From assembly GCF_006345805.1 (NCBI RefSeq), contig NW_021833764.1, positions 12,487 to 76,486 of the forward strand: a stretch of DNA of 64,000 nt, read 5' to 3'. The notes under the pieces were generated by a model. The model ran no database searches and was not told where the DNA came from. It saw only the letters and a list, made by a program, of their open reading frames with translations. The stretch's first letter is position 1. Each line of letters begins with the position of its first letter. Made by a program: the position numbers and the translations under genes. This DNA comes from Octopus sinensis (taxonomy: Eukaryota). Shown one piece after another: positions 1 to 12,100 of this stretch.

Positions 1-371
1 GTCTGTCTGTCTGTCTCCTACGATTTAGATTCCTAACTACTCCCACATTTTGCGGTGCAGTTTAACCAAATTCGGGTATCTTATAGTCGTGATTCATATC
101 GAGCCCTTCTGGGTATTAGCGCGCGTCTACGATGAGTCTACGATTAAAAAAAGTTTACCATCAATTTTTCCCATTTTTAATGCATTTTTGGCATATATAA
201 GGGAAGTAACTCTCTAAAAATTTATTATTAAATCTCAGAACGTAAAAAGCTACAGTAACACCCCCCCCTTTGTGGTTAGCCATATTGAGATGGCTATTAT
301 ACTTTACATCTATAAAATGCATAAATAGTTATTTCCCTTACAACCCGAGCAATGCCGGGCGATACTGCTAG
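1..371 (+). mobile_element. Non-autonomous Helitron-like element, copy 1 (5' end cut by window)
   Basis: Ends in subterminal hairpin CCCGAGCAATGCCGGG followed by GATACTG-CTAG|T (CTAG at 368-371); near-identical to copies 2-3. Confidence 0.75.
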
Positions 372-378
372 TATATAT

Positions 379-773
379 TATATATATATAAAACTGTAGT
401 TGTGTGAGTGTCTGTCCCCTTCGATTTAGATTCTTAACTACTCCCACATTTTGCGGTGCAGTTTAACCAAAACCGGGTATCTTATAGTCGTGATTCATAT
501 CGAGCCCTTCTGGGTATTAGCGCGCGTCTACGATGAGTCTACGATTAAAAAAAGTTTACCATCAATTTTTCCCATTTTTAATGCATTTTTGGCATATATA
601 AGGGAAGTAACTCTCTAAAACTTTATTATTAAATCTCAGAACGTAAAAAGCTACAGTAACCCCCCCCCTTTGTGGTTAGCCATATTGAGATGGCTATTAT
701 ACTTTACATCTCTAAAAATGCATAAATAGTTATTTCCCTTACAAACCCGAGCAATGCCGGGCGATACTGCTAG
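379..773 (+). mobile_element. Non-autonomous Helitron-like element, copy 2
   Basis: Starts (T)ATATATATAAAACTGTAGTTGTGTGAGTGTCTGTC; ends with hairpin and CTAG at 770-773. Confidence 0.78.
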
Positions 774-781
774 TATATATA

Positions 782-1191
782 TCTATATATATAAAACTGT
801 AGTTGTGTGAGTGTCTGTCCCCTTCGATTTAGATTCTTAACTACTCCCACATTTTGCGGTGCAGTTTAACCAAAACCGGGTATCTTATAGTCGTGATTCA
901 TATCGAGCCCTTCTGGGTATTAGCGCGCGTCTACGATGAGTCTACGATGAGTCTACGATTAAAAAAAAAATTACTATCATTTTTTTCCATTTTTAATGCA
1001 TTTTTGGCATATATAAGGAAAGTAACTCTCTAAAAATTTATTATTAAATCTCAGAACGTAAAAAGCTACAGTAACACCCCCCCCCCTTTGTGGTTAGCCA
1101 TATTGAGATGGCTATTATACTTTACATCTCTAAAAATGCTTATATAGTTATTTCCCTTACAAACCCGAGCAACGCCGGGCGATACTGCTAG
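782..1191 (+). mobile_element. Non-autonomous Helitron-like element, copy 3 (intact termini)
   Basis: A|TCTATATATATAAAAC 5' end at 782; CCCGAGCAACGCCGGG hairpin and CTAG|T at 1188-1191. TC...CTAG termini between A and T with no TSD are the Helitron signature. Has an extra 11-bp CTACGATGAGT unit. Confidence 0.8.
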
Positions 1192-1195
1192 TATA

Positions 1196-1751
1196 TTTAT
1201 ATTATATAACTTGGTTTGAGAAGTGGCAATATTTAGATAACCATGATATAGTTATGAGTGGCATCAACATAATAAATATATATAACTCAATAACTACATC
1301 AAGACAAGGAAATATCAATATATTATTTAGAGTAGAAATAAGAAATACACGAGGTAAACTTTTCTTATTCCACAATGCCAAATTTAGGATCAATGGCAGC
1401 ATTCATAAATAAGAACAAAATCCAATATCAAACATTCAAAACTTCTAAAATTGACAGAAATTCAAATATAAATAATGTAAGTATATCAGGAACACCTAAC
1501 ATACATAATTCAGCATCAAATGAAAATAACTCCCACTCGTTGGTAGCCTTAAATAAAGTGAATCCCGCCCCCACCAAAAATAAAGACAATAGCAGACATA
1601 AATTGAGAAAGACATGTAGTTGTAAGAAAACCCATTCGTGTCTGCTTGAAGTATTTTGTCTCCGTAATGTAACATATTATTGTATAGATAAATTTCCTCT
1701 ATTTACATAATATTGAGGTCTCTTTCTTTTGTTATCTTACCGTTTTACCAA
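1196..1751 (+). mobile_element. Degenerate Penelope-like retroelement fragment (RT end and Cys-rich linker before GIY-YIG)
   Basis: Frame of ORF 1375-1710 reads VNFSYSTMPNLGS...KTCSCKKTHSCLLEVFCLRNVTYY, resembling the PLE motifs SYSCMPN and TCNC..CPL.G.CL..NV.Y (recalled family pattern, not aligned). Confidence 0.5.
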
Positions 1752-1762
1752 TATATATATAT

Positions 1763-1825
<63 letters not shown>
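1752..1825. repeat. (TA)n microsatellite
   Basis: Direct reading. Confidence 0.95.
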
Positions 1826-1830
<5 letters not shown>

Positions 1831-2327
1831 TGTAGTTGTGTGAGTGTCTGTCTCCTACGATTTAGATTCCTAACTCCTCCCACATTTTGTGGTGCAGTTT
1901 AACCAAATTCGGGTATCTTATAGTCGGGATTCATATCGAGCCCGTCTGAGTATTAGCGCGCGTCTACGATGAGTGTACGATTTTTAAAATAATTTAACAT
2001 CATTTTTTATTCCATTTTTAATGCATAATTTTTCGTGTGTCGATGGCGGCGGAGTTGGCGTCCATGGTCACACCTGCACCTGTTTGCTTCTCCCCCTTCT
2101 TCCCTCCCTCGTGAAGCTGTGGGGAAGGGAGTGTAAGGAAATCAACGTCGTAATGCGTTGTCAAGGAGACCAGCGTTCTTTAGAAACAACGACTTCATGG
2201 CTTGAAAACACCAAAACAGAAATGGCTAAGAAAGCCCGAATTGGCATCTATAGGGAAGTAACTCTCTAAAAATGCTTATATAGTTATTTCCCTTACAAAC
2301 CCGAGCAACGCCGGGCGATACTGCTAG
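1815..2327 (+). mobile_element. Non-autonomous Helitron-like element, copy 4 (structural variant)
   Basis: Same termini (CTAG at 2324-2327). Carries ~207 bp (2034-2240) absent from copies 1-3 and lacks ~100 bp present in them. Confidence 0.75.
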
Positions 2328-2347
2328 TATATATATATATATATAAT

Positions 2348-2407
<60 letters not shown>
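2328..2407. repeat. (TA)n microsatellite
   Basis: Direct reading. Confidence 0.95.
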
Positions 2408-2410
<3 letters not shown>

Positions 2411-2445
2411 GGAATGAAGTATTTAGCAGCCCTGTTTCTTCCTAA

Positions 2446-2476
2446 CGTGCTAACGTTTCTGCCAGCTCGCCGCCTC
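2446..2476 (-). mobile_element. 5' head fragment of a tRNA-derived SINE (A-box region)
   Basis: Reverse complement GAGGCGGCGAGCTGGCAGAAACGTTAGCACG matches my recollection of the head of the octopus SINE whose core forms the 152-bp satellite. Confidence 0.55.
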
Positions 2477-2861
2477 TTCCTACCGTCTTTGAACTTCTTA
2501 TGCAAACGAAAAACAGATGATCGTCTCATACAAGTTAATCTATGATCAGTATTTTATAAGTTGCCTAGTTCAACGCAAAACTTTATTGCATATCAAGCTT
2601 TCTGACCACGTTCTACAAACTAGTCATCTGTAATAAGCACAGTTAAGCAATGTGTGTTCAAAGAAGTGCTGTTACAACCGTCCCCTTCAATCTGGTAGAC
2701 CATAAGGGGGAGCTCGAGGTTATTAGATGCGTAGTAATGATGTTCTAACATCAGACTAATCTGGGTCAGTTGTAGCTGCCTCTCCAACAAAATTCTCAAA
2801 ACTTCTAGAATGCACCTCGTATTTGTGGCCATTGAGAATTTGATGGCTTTTAAATAGTCTT

Positions 2862-3003
2862 TGGTGTGTGTGTCTGTATATTTGTGTGCTTGTGTCCGTG
2901 TGTTAGCGTGTATACGTGTTCGTGTGTGTGTGGTCGTATGTGTGTGTGTGTGTGAGAGAGAGAGAGAGTTTCTTTGTGTGTGTTCGTGTGTGTGTGTGTG
3001 TGT
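2862..3003. repeat. Compound (GT)n/(GA)n microsatellite
   Basis: Direct reading. Confidence 0.9.
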
Positions 3004-3029
3004 ATGAGTTTTATAATTTTACTTGTTTC

Positions 3030-3171
3030 GTTCACGTTCCGAGTTCAAATTCCACTGAGGTCGACTTTGTCTTTCATCCATTTTGGTGGTACCAGTTGCG
3101 TACTGGGGCCGATGTAGTCAACTTACAACTCCTCCCCCTCCTCGAAACTGCTGTCCTTGTGACAAAATTTG
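3030..3171 (+). mobile_element. Diverged 5'-truncated SINE copy, sister subfamily of the satellite core
   Basis: GTTCCGAGTTCAAATTCCACTGAGGTCGACTTTGTCTTTCATCC...GTACCAGTTGCGTACTGGGGCCGATGTAGTCAACTT is colinear with the monomer core, then continues into a different tail (CCTCCCCCTCCTCGAAACTGCTGTCCTTGTGACAAAATTTG). Confidence 0.7.
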
Positions 3172-6100
3172 TTAAGTGAATGATTTTTTTAAATGAATTA
3201 TAAAATGTATTTCGTCTGCCGCTACGTTCTGAGTTCAAATTCCACCGAGGTCGACTTTGCCTTTCGTCCTTTCGGGGTCGATTAAATAAGTACCAGTTAC
3301 GCACTGGGGTCGATATAATCGACTTAAGTGAATGATTTTTTTAAATGAATTATAAAATGTATTTCGTCTGCCGCTACGTTCTGAGTTCAAATTCCACCGA
3401 GGTCGACTTTGCCTTTCGTCCTTTCGGGGTCGATTAAATAAGTACCAGTTACGCACTGGGGTCGATATAATCGACTTAAGTGAATGATTTTTTTAAATGA
3501 ATTATAAAATGTATTTCGTCTGCCGCTACGTTCTGAGTTCAAATTCCACCGAGGTCGACTTTGCCTTTCGTCCTTTCGGGGTCGATTAAATAAGTACCAG
3601 TTACGCACTGGGGTCGATATAAATGATTTAAGTGAATGATTTTTTTAAATGAATTATAAAATGTATTTCGTCTGCCGCTACGTTCTGAGTTCAAATTCCA
3701 CCGAGGTCGAATTTGCCTTTCGTCCTTTCGGGGTCGATTAAATAAGTACCAGTTACGCACTGGGGTCGATATAATCGATTTAAGTGAATGATTTTTTTAA
3801 ATGAATTATAAAATGTATTTCGTCTGCCGCTATGTTCTGAGTTCAAATTCCACCGAGGTCGACTTTGCCTTTCGTCCTTTCGGGGTCGATTAAATAAGTA
3901 CCAGTTACGCACTGGGGTCGATATATCGATTTAAGTGAATGATTTTTTTAAATGAATTATAAAATGTATTTCGTCTGCCGCTATGTTCTGAGTTCAAATT
4001 CCACCGAGGTTGACTTTGCCTTTCGTCCTTTCGGGGTCGATTAAATAAGTACCAGTTACGCACTGAGGTCGATATAATCGACTTAAGTGAATGATTTTTT
4101 AAAATGAATTATAAAATGTATTTCGTCTGCCGCTATGTTCTGAGTTCAAATTCAACCGAGGTCGACTTTGCCTTTCGTCCTTTCGGGGTCGATTAAATAA
4201 GTACCAGTTACGCACTGGGGTCGATATAATCGACTTAAGTGAATGATTTTTTTAAACGAATTATAAAATGTATTTCGTCTGCCGCTCTGTTCTGAGTTCA
4301 AATTCCACCGAGGTCGACTTTGCCTTTCGTCCTTTCGGGGTCGATTAAATAAGTACCATTTACGCACTGGGGTCGATATAATCGATTTAAGTGAATGATT
4401 TTTTTAAATGAATTATAAAATGTATTTCGTCTGCCGCTCTGTTCTGAGTTCAAATTCCACCGAGGTCGACTTTGCCTTTCGTCCTTTCGGGGTCGATTAA
4501 ATAAGTACCAGTTACGCACTGGGGTCGATATAATCGACTTAAGTGAATGATTTTTTTTAAATGAAATATAAAATGTATTTCGTCTGCCGCTACGTTCTGA
4601 GTTCAAATTCCACCGAGGTCGACTTTGCCTTTCGTCCTTTCGGGGTCGATTAAATAAGTACCAGTTACGCACTGGGTCGATATAATCGACTTAAGTGAAT
4701 GATTTTTTTAAATGAAATATAAAATGTATTTCGTCTGCCGCTACGTTCTGAGTTCAAATTCCACCGAGGTCGACTTTGCCTTTGGTCCTTTCGGGGTCGA
4801 TTAAATAAGTACCAGTTACGCACAGGTCGATAATCGACGACTTAAGTGAATGATTTTTTTAAATGAATTATAAAATGTATTTCGTCTGCCGCTACGTTCT
4901 GAGTTCAAATTCCACCGAGGTCGACTTTGCCTTTCGTCCTTTCGGGGTCGATTAAATAAGTACCAGTTACGCACTGGGGTCGATATAATCGACTTAAGAG
5001 AATGATTTTTTTTAATGAAATATAAAATGTATTTCGTCTGCCGCTACGTTCTGAGTTCAAATTCCACCGAGGTCGACTTTGCCTTTCGTCCTTTCGGGGT
5101 CGATTAAATAAGTACCAGTTACGCACTGGGTCGATATAATCGACTTAAGTGAATGATTTTTTTAAATGAATTATAAAATGTATTTCGTCTGCCGCTCTGT
5201 TCTGAGTTCAAATTCCACCGAGGTCGACTTTGCCTTTCGTCCTTTCGGGGTCGATTAAATAAGTACCAGTTACGCACTGGGGTCGATATAAATGATTTAA
5301 GTGAATGATTTTTTTAAATGAATTATAAAATGTATTTCGTCTGCCGCTACGTTCTGAGTTCAAATTCCACCGAGGTCGAATTTGCCTTTCGTCCTTTCGG
5401 GGTCGATTAAATAAGTACCAGTTACGCACTGGGGTCGATATAATCGATTTAAGTGAATGATTTTTTTAAATGAATTATAAAATGTATTTCGTCTGCCGCT
5501 ATGTTCTGAGTTCAAATTCCACCGAGGTCGACTTTGCCTTTCGTCCTTTCGGGGTCGATTAAATAAGTACCAGTTACGCACTGGGGTCGATATAATCGAT
5601 TTAAGTGAATGATTTTTTTAAATGAATTATAAAATGTATTTCGTCTGCCGCTATGTTCTGAGTTCAAATTCCACCGAGGTTGACTTTGCCTTTCGTCCTT
5701 TCGGGGTCGATTAAATAAGTACCAGTTACGCACTGAGGTCGATATAATCGACTTAAGTGAATGATTTTTTAAATGAATTATAAAATGTATTTCGTCTGCC
5801 GCTATGTTCTGAGTTCAAATTCAACCGAGGTCGACTTTGCCTTTCGTCCTTTCGGGGTCGATTAAATAAGTACCAGTTACGCACTGGGGTCGATATAATC
5901 GACTTAAGTGAATGATTTTTTTAAACGAATTATAAAATGTATTTCGTCTGCCGCTATGTTCTGAGTTCAAATTCAACCGAGGTCGACTTTGCCTTTCGTC
6001 CTTTCGGGGTCGATTAAATAAGTACCAGTTACGCACTGGGGTCGATATAATCGACTTAAGTGAATGATTTTTTTAAACGAATTATAAAATGTATTTCGTC

Positions 6101-9100
6101 TGCCGCTCGTTCTGAGTTCAAATTCCACCAGAGGTCGACTTTGCCTTTCGTCCTTTCGGGGTCGATTAAATAAGTACCAGTTACGCACTGGGGTCGATAT
6201 AATCGATTTAAGTGAATGATTTTTTTAAATGAATTATAAAATGTATTTCGTCTGCCGCTCTGTTCTGAGTTCAAATTCCCCGAGGTCGACTTTGCCTCCT
6301 TTCGTCCTTTCGGGGTCGATTAAATAAGTACCAGTTACGCACTGGGGTCGATATAATCGACTTAAGTGAATGATTTTTTTAAATGAATTATAAAATGTAT
6401 TTCGTCTGCCGCTATGTTCTGAGTTCAAATTCCACCGAGGTCGACTTTGCCTTCGTCGTCCTTTCGGGGTCGATTAAATAAGTACCAGTTACGCACTGGG
6501 GTCGATATAATCGACTTAAGTGAATGATTTTTTAAAATTAATTATAAAATGTATTTCGTCTGCCGCTATGTTCTAAGTTCAGATTCCACCGAGGTCGACT
6601 TTGCCTTTCGTCCTTTCGGGGTCGATTAAATAAGTACCAGTTACGCACTGGGGTCGATATAATCGACTTAAGTGAATGATTTTTTAAAATGAATTATAAA
6701 ATGTATTTCGTCTGCCGCTATGTTCTGAGTTCAAATTCCACCGAGGTCGACTTTGCCTTTCGTCCTTTCGGGGTCCATTAAATAAGTACCAGTTACGCAC
6801 TGGGGTCGATATAATCGACTTAAGTGAATGATTTTTTTAAATGAAATATAAAATGTATTTCGTCTGCCGCTACGTTCTGAGTTCAAATTCCACCGAGGTC
6901 GACTATGACTTTCGTCCTTCGGGGTCGATTAAATAAGAGTACCAGTTACGCACTGGGGTCGATATAATCGACTTAAGTGAATGATTTTTTAAATGAAATA
7001 TAAAATGTATTTCGTCTGCCGCTACGTTCTGAGTTCAAATTCCACCGAGGTCGACTTTGCCTTTCGTCCTTTCGGGGCCGATTAAATAAGTACCAGTTAC
7101 GAACTGGGGTCGATATAATCGACTTAAGTGAATGATTTTTTTAAATGAAATATAAAATGTATTTCGTCTGCCGCTACGTTCTGAGTTCAAATTCCACCGA
7201 GGTCGACTTGCCTTTCGTTTCGTCCTTTCGGGGTCGATTAAATAAACCAGTTACGCACTGGGTCGATATAATCGACTTAAGTGAATGATTTTTTTAAATG
7301 AAATATAAAATGTATTTCGTCTGCCGCTACGTTCTGAGTTCAAATTCCACCGAGGTCGACTTTGCCTTTGGTCCTTTCGGGGTCGATTAAATAAGTACCA
7401 GTTACGCACTGGGTCGATATAATCGACTTAAGTGAATGATTTTTTAAATGAATTATAAAATGTATTTCGTTGCCGCTACGTTCTGAGTTCAAATTCCACC
7501 GAGGTCGACTTTGCCTTTCGTCCTTTCGGGGTCGATTAAATAAGTACCAGTTACGCACTGGGGTCGATATAATCGACTTAAGAATGATTTTTTTAAATGA
7601 AATATAAAATGTATTTCGTCAGCCGCTACGTTCTGAGTTCAAATTCCACCAGAGGTCGACTTTGCCTTTCGTCCTTTCGGGGTCGATTAAATAAGTACCA
7701 GTTACGCACTGGGGTCGATATAATCGACTTAAGTGAATGATTTTTTTAAATGAAATATAAAATGTATTTCGTCTGCCGCTACGTTCTGAGTTCAAATTCC
7801 ACCGAGGTCGACTTTGCCTTTGCCTTTCGTCCTTTCGGGGTCGATTAAATAAGTACCAGTTACGCACTGGGTCGATATAATCGACTTAAGTGAATGATTT
7901 TTTTTAATGAATTATAAAATGTATTTCGTCTGCCGCTACGTTCTGAGTTCAAATTCCACCGAGGTCGACTTTGCCTTTCGTCCTTTCGGGGTCGATTAAA
8001 TAAGTACCAGTTACGCACTGGGGTCGATATAATCGATTTAAGTGAAAGATTTTTTTAAATGAATTATAAAATGTATTTCGTCTGCCGCTACGTTCTGAGT
8101 TCAAATTCCACCGAGGTCGAATTTGCCTTTCGTCCTTTCGGGGTCGATTAAATAAGTACCAGTTACGCACTGGAGTCGATATAAACGATTTAAGTGAATG
8201 ATTTTTTTAAATGAATTATAAAATGTATTTCGTCTGCCGCTATGTTCTGAGTTCAAATTCCACCGAGGTCGACTTTGCCTTTCGTCCTTTCGGGGTCGAT
8301 TAAATAAGTACCAGTTACGCACTGGGGTCGATATAATCGATTTAAGTGAATGATTTTTTAAAATGAATTATAAAATGTATTTCGTCTGCCGCTATGTTCT
8401 GAGTTCAAATTCCAACGAGGTCGACTTTGCCTTTCGTCCTTTCGGGGTCGATTAAATAAGTACCAGTTACGCACTGGGTCGATATAATCGATTTAAGTGA
8501 ATGATTTTTTAAAATGAATTATAAAATGTATTTCGTCTGCCGCTATGTTCTGAGTTCAAATTCCACCGGTTGACTTTGCCTTTCGTCCTTTCGGGGTCGA
8601 TTAAATAAGTACCAGTTACGCACTGGGGTCGATATAATCGATTTAAGTGAATGATTTTTTAAAATGAATATAAAATGTATTTCGTCTGCCGCTATGTTCT
8701 GAGTTCAAATTCCACCGAGGTTGACTTTGCCTTTCGTCCTTTCGGGGTCGATTAAATAAGTACCAGTTACGCACTGGGGTCGATATAATCGACTTAAGTG
8801 AATGATTTTTTAAAATGAATAATAAAATGTATTTCGTCTGCCGCTATGTTCTGAGTTCAAATTCCACCGAGGTCGACTTTGCCTTTCGTCCTTTCGGGGT
8901 CGGATTAAATAGTACCAGTTACGCACTGGGGTCGATATAATCGACTTAAGTGAATGATTTTTTAAATGATTTATAAAATGTATTTCGTCTGCCGCTCTGT
9001 CTGAGTTCAAATTCCACCGAGGTCGACTTTGCCTTTCGTACTTCGGGGTCGATTAAATAAGTACCAGTTACGCACTGGGGTCGATATAATCGATTTAAGT

Positions 9101-12100
9101 GAATGATTTTTTTAAATGAATTAAAAATGTATTTCGTCCTGCCGCTAGGTTCTGAGTTCAAATTCCACCACCGAGGTCGACTTTGCCTTTCGTCCTTTCG
9201 GGGTCGATTAAATAAGTACCAGTTACGCACTGGCGTCGATATAATCGACTTAAGTGAATGATTTTTTAAAATGAATTATAAAATGTATTTCGTCTGCCGC
9301 TATGTTCTGAGTTCAAATTCCACCGAGGTCGACTTTGACTTTCGTCCTTTCGGGGTCGATTAAATAAGTACCAGTTACGCACTGGGGTCGATATAATCGA
9401 CATAAGTAAATGATTTTTTTAAATGAAATATAAAATGTGTTTCGTCTGCCGCTACGTTCTGAGTTCAAATTCCACCGAGGTCGACTATGACTTTCGTCCT
9501 TTCGGGGTCGATTAAATAAGTACCAGTTACGAACTGGGGTCGATATAATCGACTTAAGTGAATGATTTTTTTAAATGAAATATAAAATGTATTTCGTCTG
9601 CCGCTACGTTCTGAGTTCAAATTCCACCGAGGTCAACTTTGCCTTTCGTCCTTTCGGGGTCGATTAAATAAGTACCAGTTACGCACTGGGGTCGATATAA
9701 TCGACTTATTAAGTGAATGATTTTTTTAAATGAAATATAAAATGTATTTCGTCTGCCGCTACGTTCTGAGTTCAAATTCAACCGAGGTCGACTTTGCCTT
9801 TCGTCCTTTCGGGGTCGATTAAATAAGTACCAGGTACGCACTGGGTCGATATAATCGACTTAAGTGAATGATTTTTTTAAATGAAATATAAAATGTATTT
9901 CGTCTGCCGCTACGTTCTGAGTTCAAATTCCACCGAGGTCAACTTTGCCTTTCGTCCTTTCGGGGTCGATTAAATAAGTACCAGTTACGCACTGGGGTCG
10001 ATATAATCGACTAAAGTGAATGATTTTTTAAAATGAATTATAAAATGTATTTCGTCTGCCGCTACGTTCTGAGTTCAAATTCCACCGAGGTCGACTTTGC
10101 CTTTCGTCCTTTCGGGGTCGATTAAATAAGTACCAGTTACGCACTGGGGTCGATATAATCGATTTAAGTGAAAGATTTTTTTAAATGAATTATAAAATGT
10201 ATTTCGTCTGCCGCTACGTTTCTGAGTTCAAATTCCACCGAGGTCGAATTTGCCTTCGTCCTTTCGGGGTCGATTAAATAAGTACCAGTTACGCACTGGA
10301 GTCGATATAAACGATTTAAGTGAATGATTTTTTAAAATGAATTATAAAATGTATTTCGTCTGCCGCTATGTTCTGAGTTCAAATTCCACCGAGGTCGACT
10401 TTGCCTTCGTCCTTTCGGGGTCGATTAAATAAGTACCAGTTACGCACTGGGGTCGATATAATCGATTTAAGTGAATGATTTTTTAAAATGAATTATAAAA
10501 TGTATTTCGTCTGCCGCTATGTTCTGAGTTCAAATTCCACCGAGGTTGACTTTGCCTTTCGTCCTTTCGGGGTCGATTAAATAAGTACCAGTTACGCACT
10601 GGGGTCGATATAATCGATTTAAGTGAATGATTTTTTAAAATGAATTATAAAATGTATTTCGTCTGCCGCTATGTTCTGAGTTCAAATTCCACCGAGGTTG
10701 ACTTTGCCTTTCGTCCTTTCGGGGTCGATTAAATAAGTACCAGTTACGCACTGGGGTCGATATAATCGACTTAAGTGAATGATTTTTTAAATGAATTATA
10801 AAATGTATTTCGTCTGCCGCTATGTTCTGAGTTCAAATTCCACCGAGGTCGACTTTGCCTTTCGTCCTTTCGGGGTCGATTAAATAAGTACCAGTTACGC
10901 ACTGGGTCGATATAATCGACTTAAGTGAATGATTTTTTTAAATGAATTAAAAATGTATTTCGTCTGCCGCTCTGTTCTTAGTTCAAATTCCACCGAGGTC
11001 GACTTTGCCTTTCGTACTTTTTCGGGTCGATTAATAAGTACCAGTTACGCCACTGGAGTCGATATAATCGATTTAAGTGAATGATTTTTTTAAATGAATT
11101 ATAAAATGTATTTCGTCTGCCGCTATGTTCTGAGTTCAAATTCCACCGAGGTCGACTTTGCCTTTCGTCTTTCGGGGTCGATTAAATAAGTACCAGTTAC
11201 GCACTGGCGGGTCGATATAATCGACTTAAGTGAATGATTTTTTAAAATGAATTATAAAATGTATTTCGTCTGCCGCTATGTTCTGGGTTCAAATTCCACC
11301 GAGGTCGACTTGCCTTTCGTCCTTTCGGGGTCGATTAAATAAGTACCAGTTACGCACTGGGGTCGATATAATCGACATAAGTGAATGATTTTTTTAAATG
11401 AAATATAAAATGTGTTTCGTCTGCCGCTACGTTCTGAGTTCAATTCCACCGAGGTCGACTATGACTTTCGTCCTTTCGGGGTCGATTAAATAAGTACCAT
11501 TACGCACTGGGGTCGATATAATCGACTTAAGTGAATGATTTTTTTAATGAAATATAAAATGTATTTCGTCTGCCGCTACTTTCTGAGTTCAAATTCCACC
11601 GAGGTCAACTTTGCCTTTCGACCTTTCGGGGTCGATTAAATAAGTACCGTTACGCACTGGGGTCGATATAATCGACTTAAGTGAATGATTTTTTTAAATG
11701 AAATATAAAATGTATTTCGTCTGCCGCAACGTTCTGAGTTCAAATTCCACCGAGGTCGACTTTGCCTTTCATCCTTTCGGGGTCGATTAATAAGTAGCAG
11801 TTACGCACTGGGTCGATATAATCGACTTAAGTGAATGATTTTTTAAATGAAATATAAAATGTATTTCGTCTGCCGCTACGTTCTGAGTTCAAATTCCACC
11901 GAGGTCAACTTTGCCTTTCGTCCTTTCGGGATCGATTAAATAAGTACCATTACGCACTGGGGTCGATATAATCGACTTAAGTGAATGATTTTTTTAAATG
12001 AATTATAAAATGTATTTCGTCTGCCGCTACGTTCTGAGTTCAAATTCCACCGAGGTCGACTTTGCCTTTCGTCCTTTCGGGGTCGATTAAATAAGTACCA

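Noticed and set aside
2409-2850. Possible host exons (MKYLAALF..., MATNTRCILE...)
   Set aside because: Short, no recognisable domain, and one overlaps a SINE head fragment; no consistent splice pair.
3262-3278. CENP-B-box-like motif TTCG-TCCTTT-CGGG in each monomer
   Set aside because: The canonical box is TTCG-N4-A-N2-CGGG (7-nt gap). Here the gap is 6 nt with no A, and I have no evidence for CENP-B function in molluscs.
3174-3325. Hammerhead-ribozyme satellite (as in newt or schistosome satellites)
   Set aside because: Neither strand of the monomer has CTGANGA; only CGAAA motifs occur on the minus strand.
3174-3325. Tandem tRNA or 5S rRNA genes
   Set aside because: Only a B-box-like motif is present; no A-box, cloverleaf or 5S similarity.
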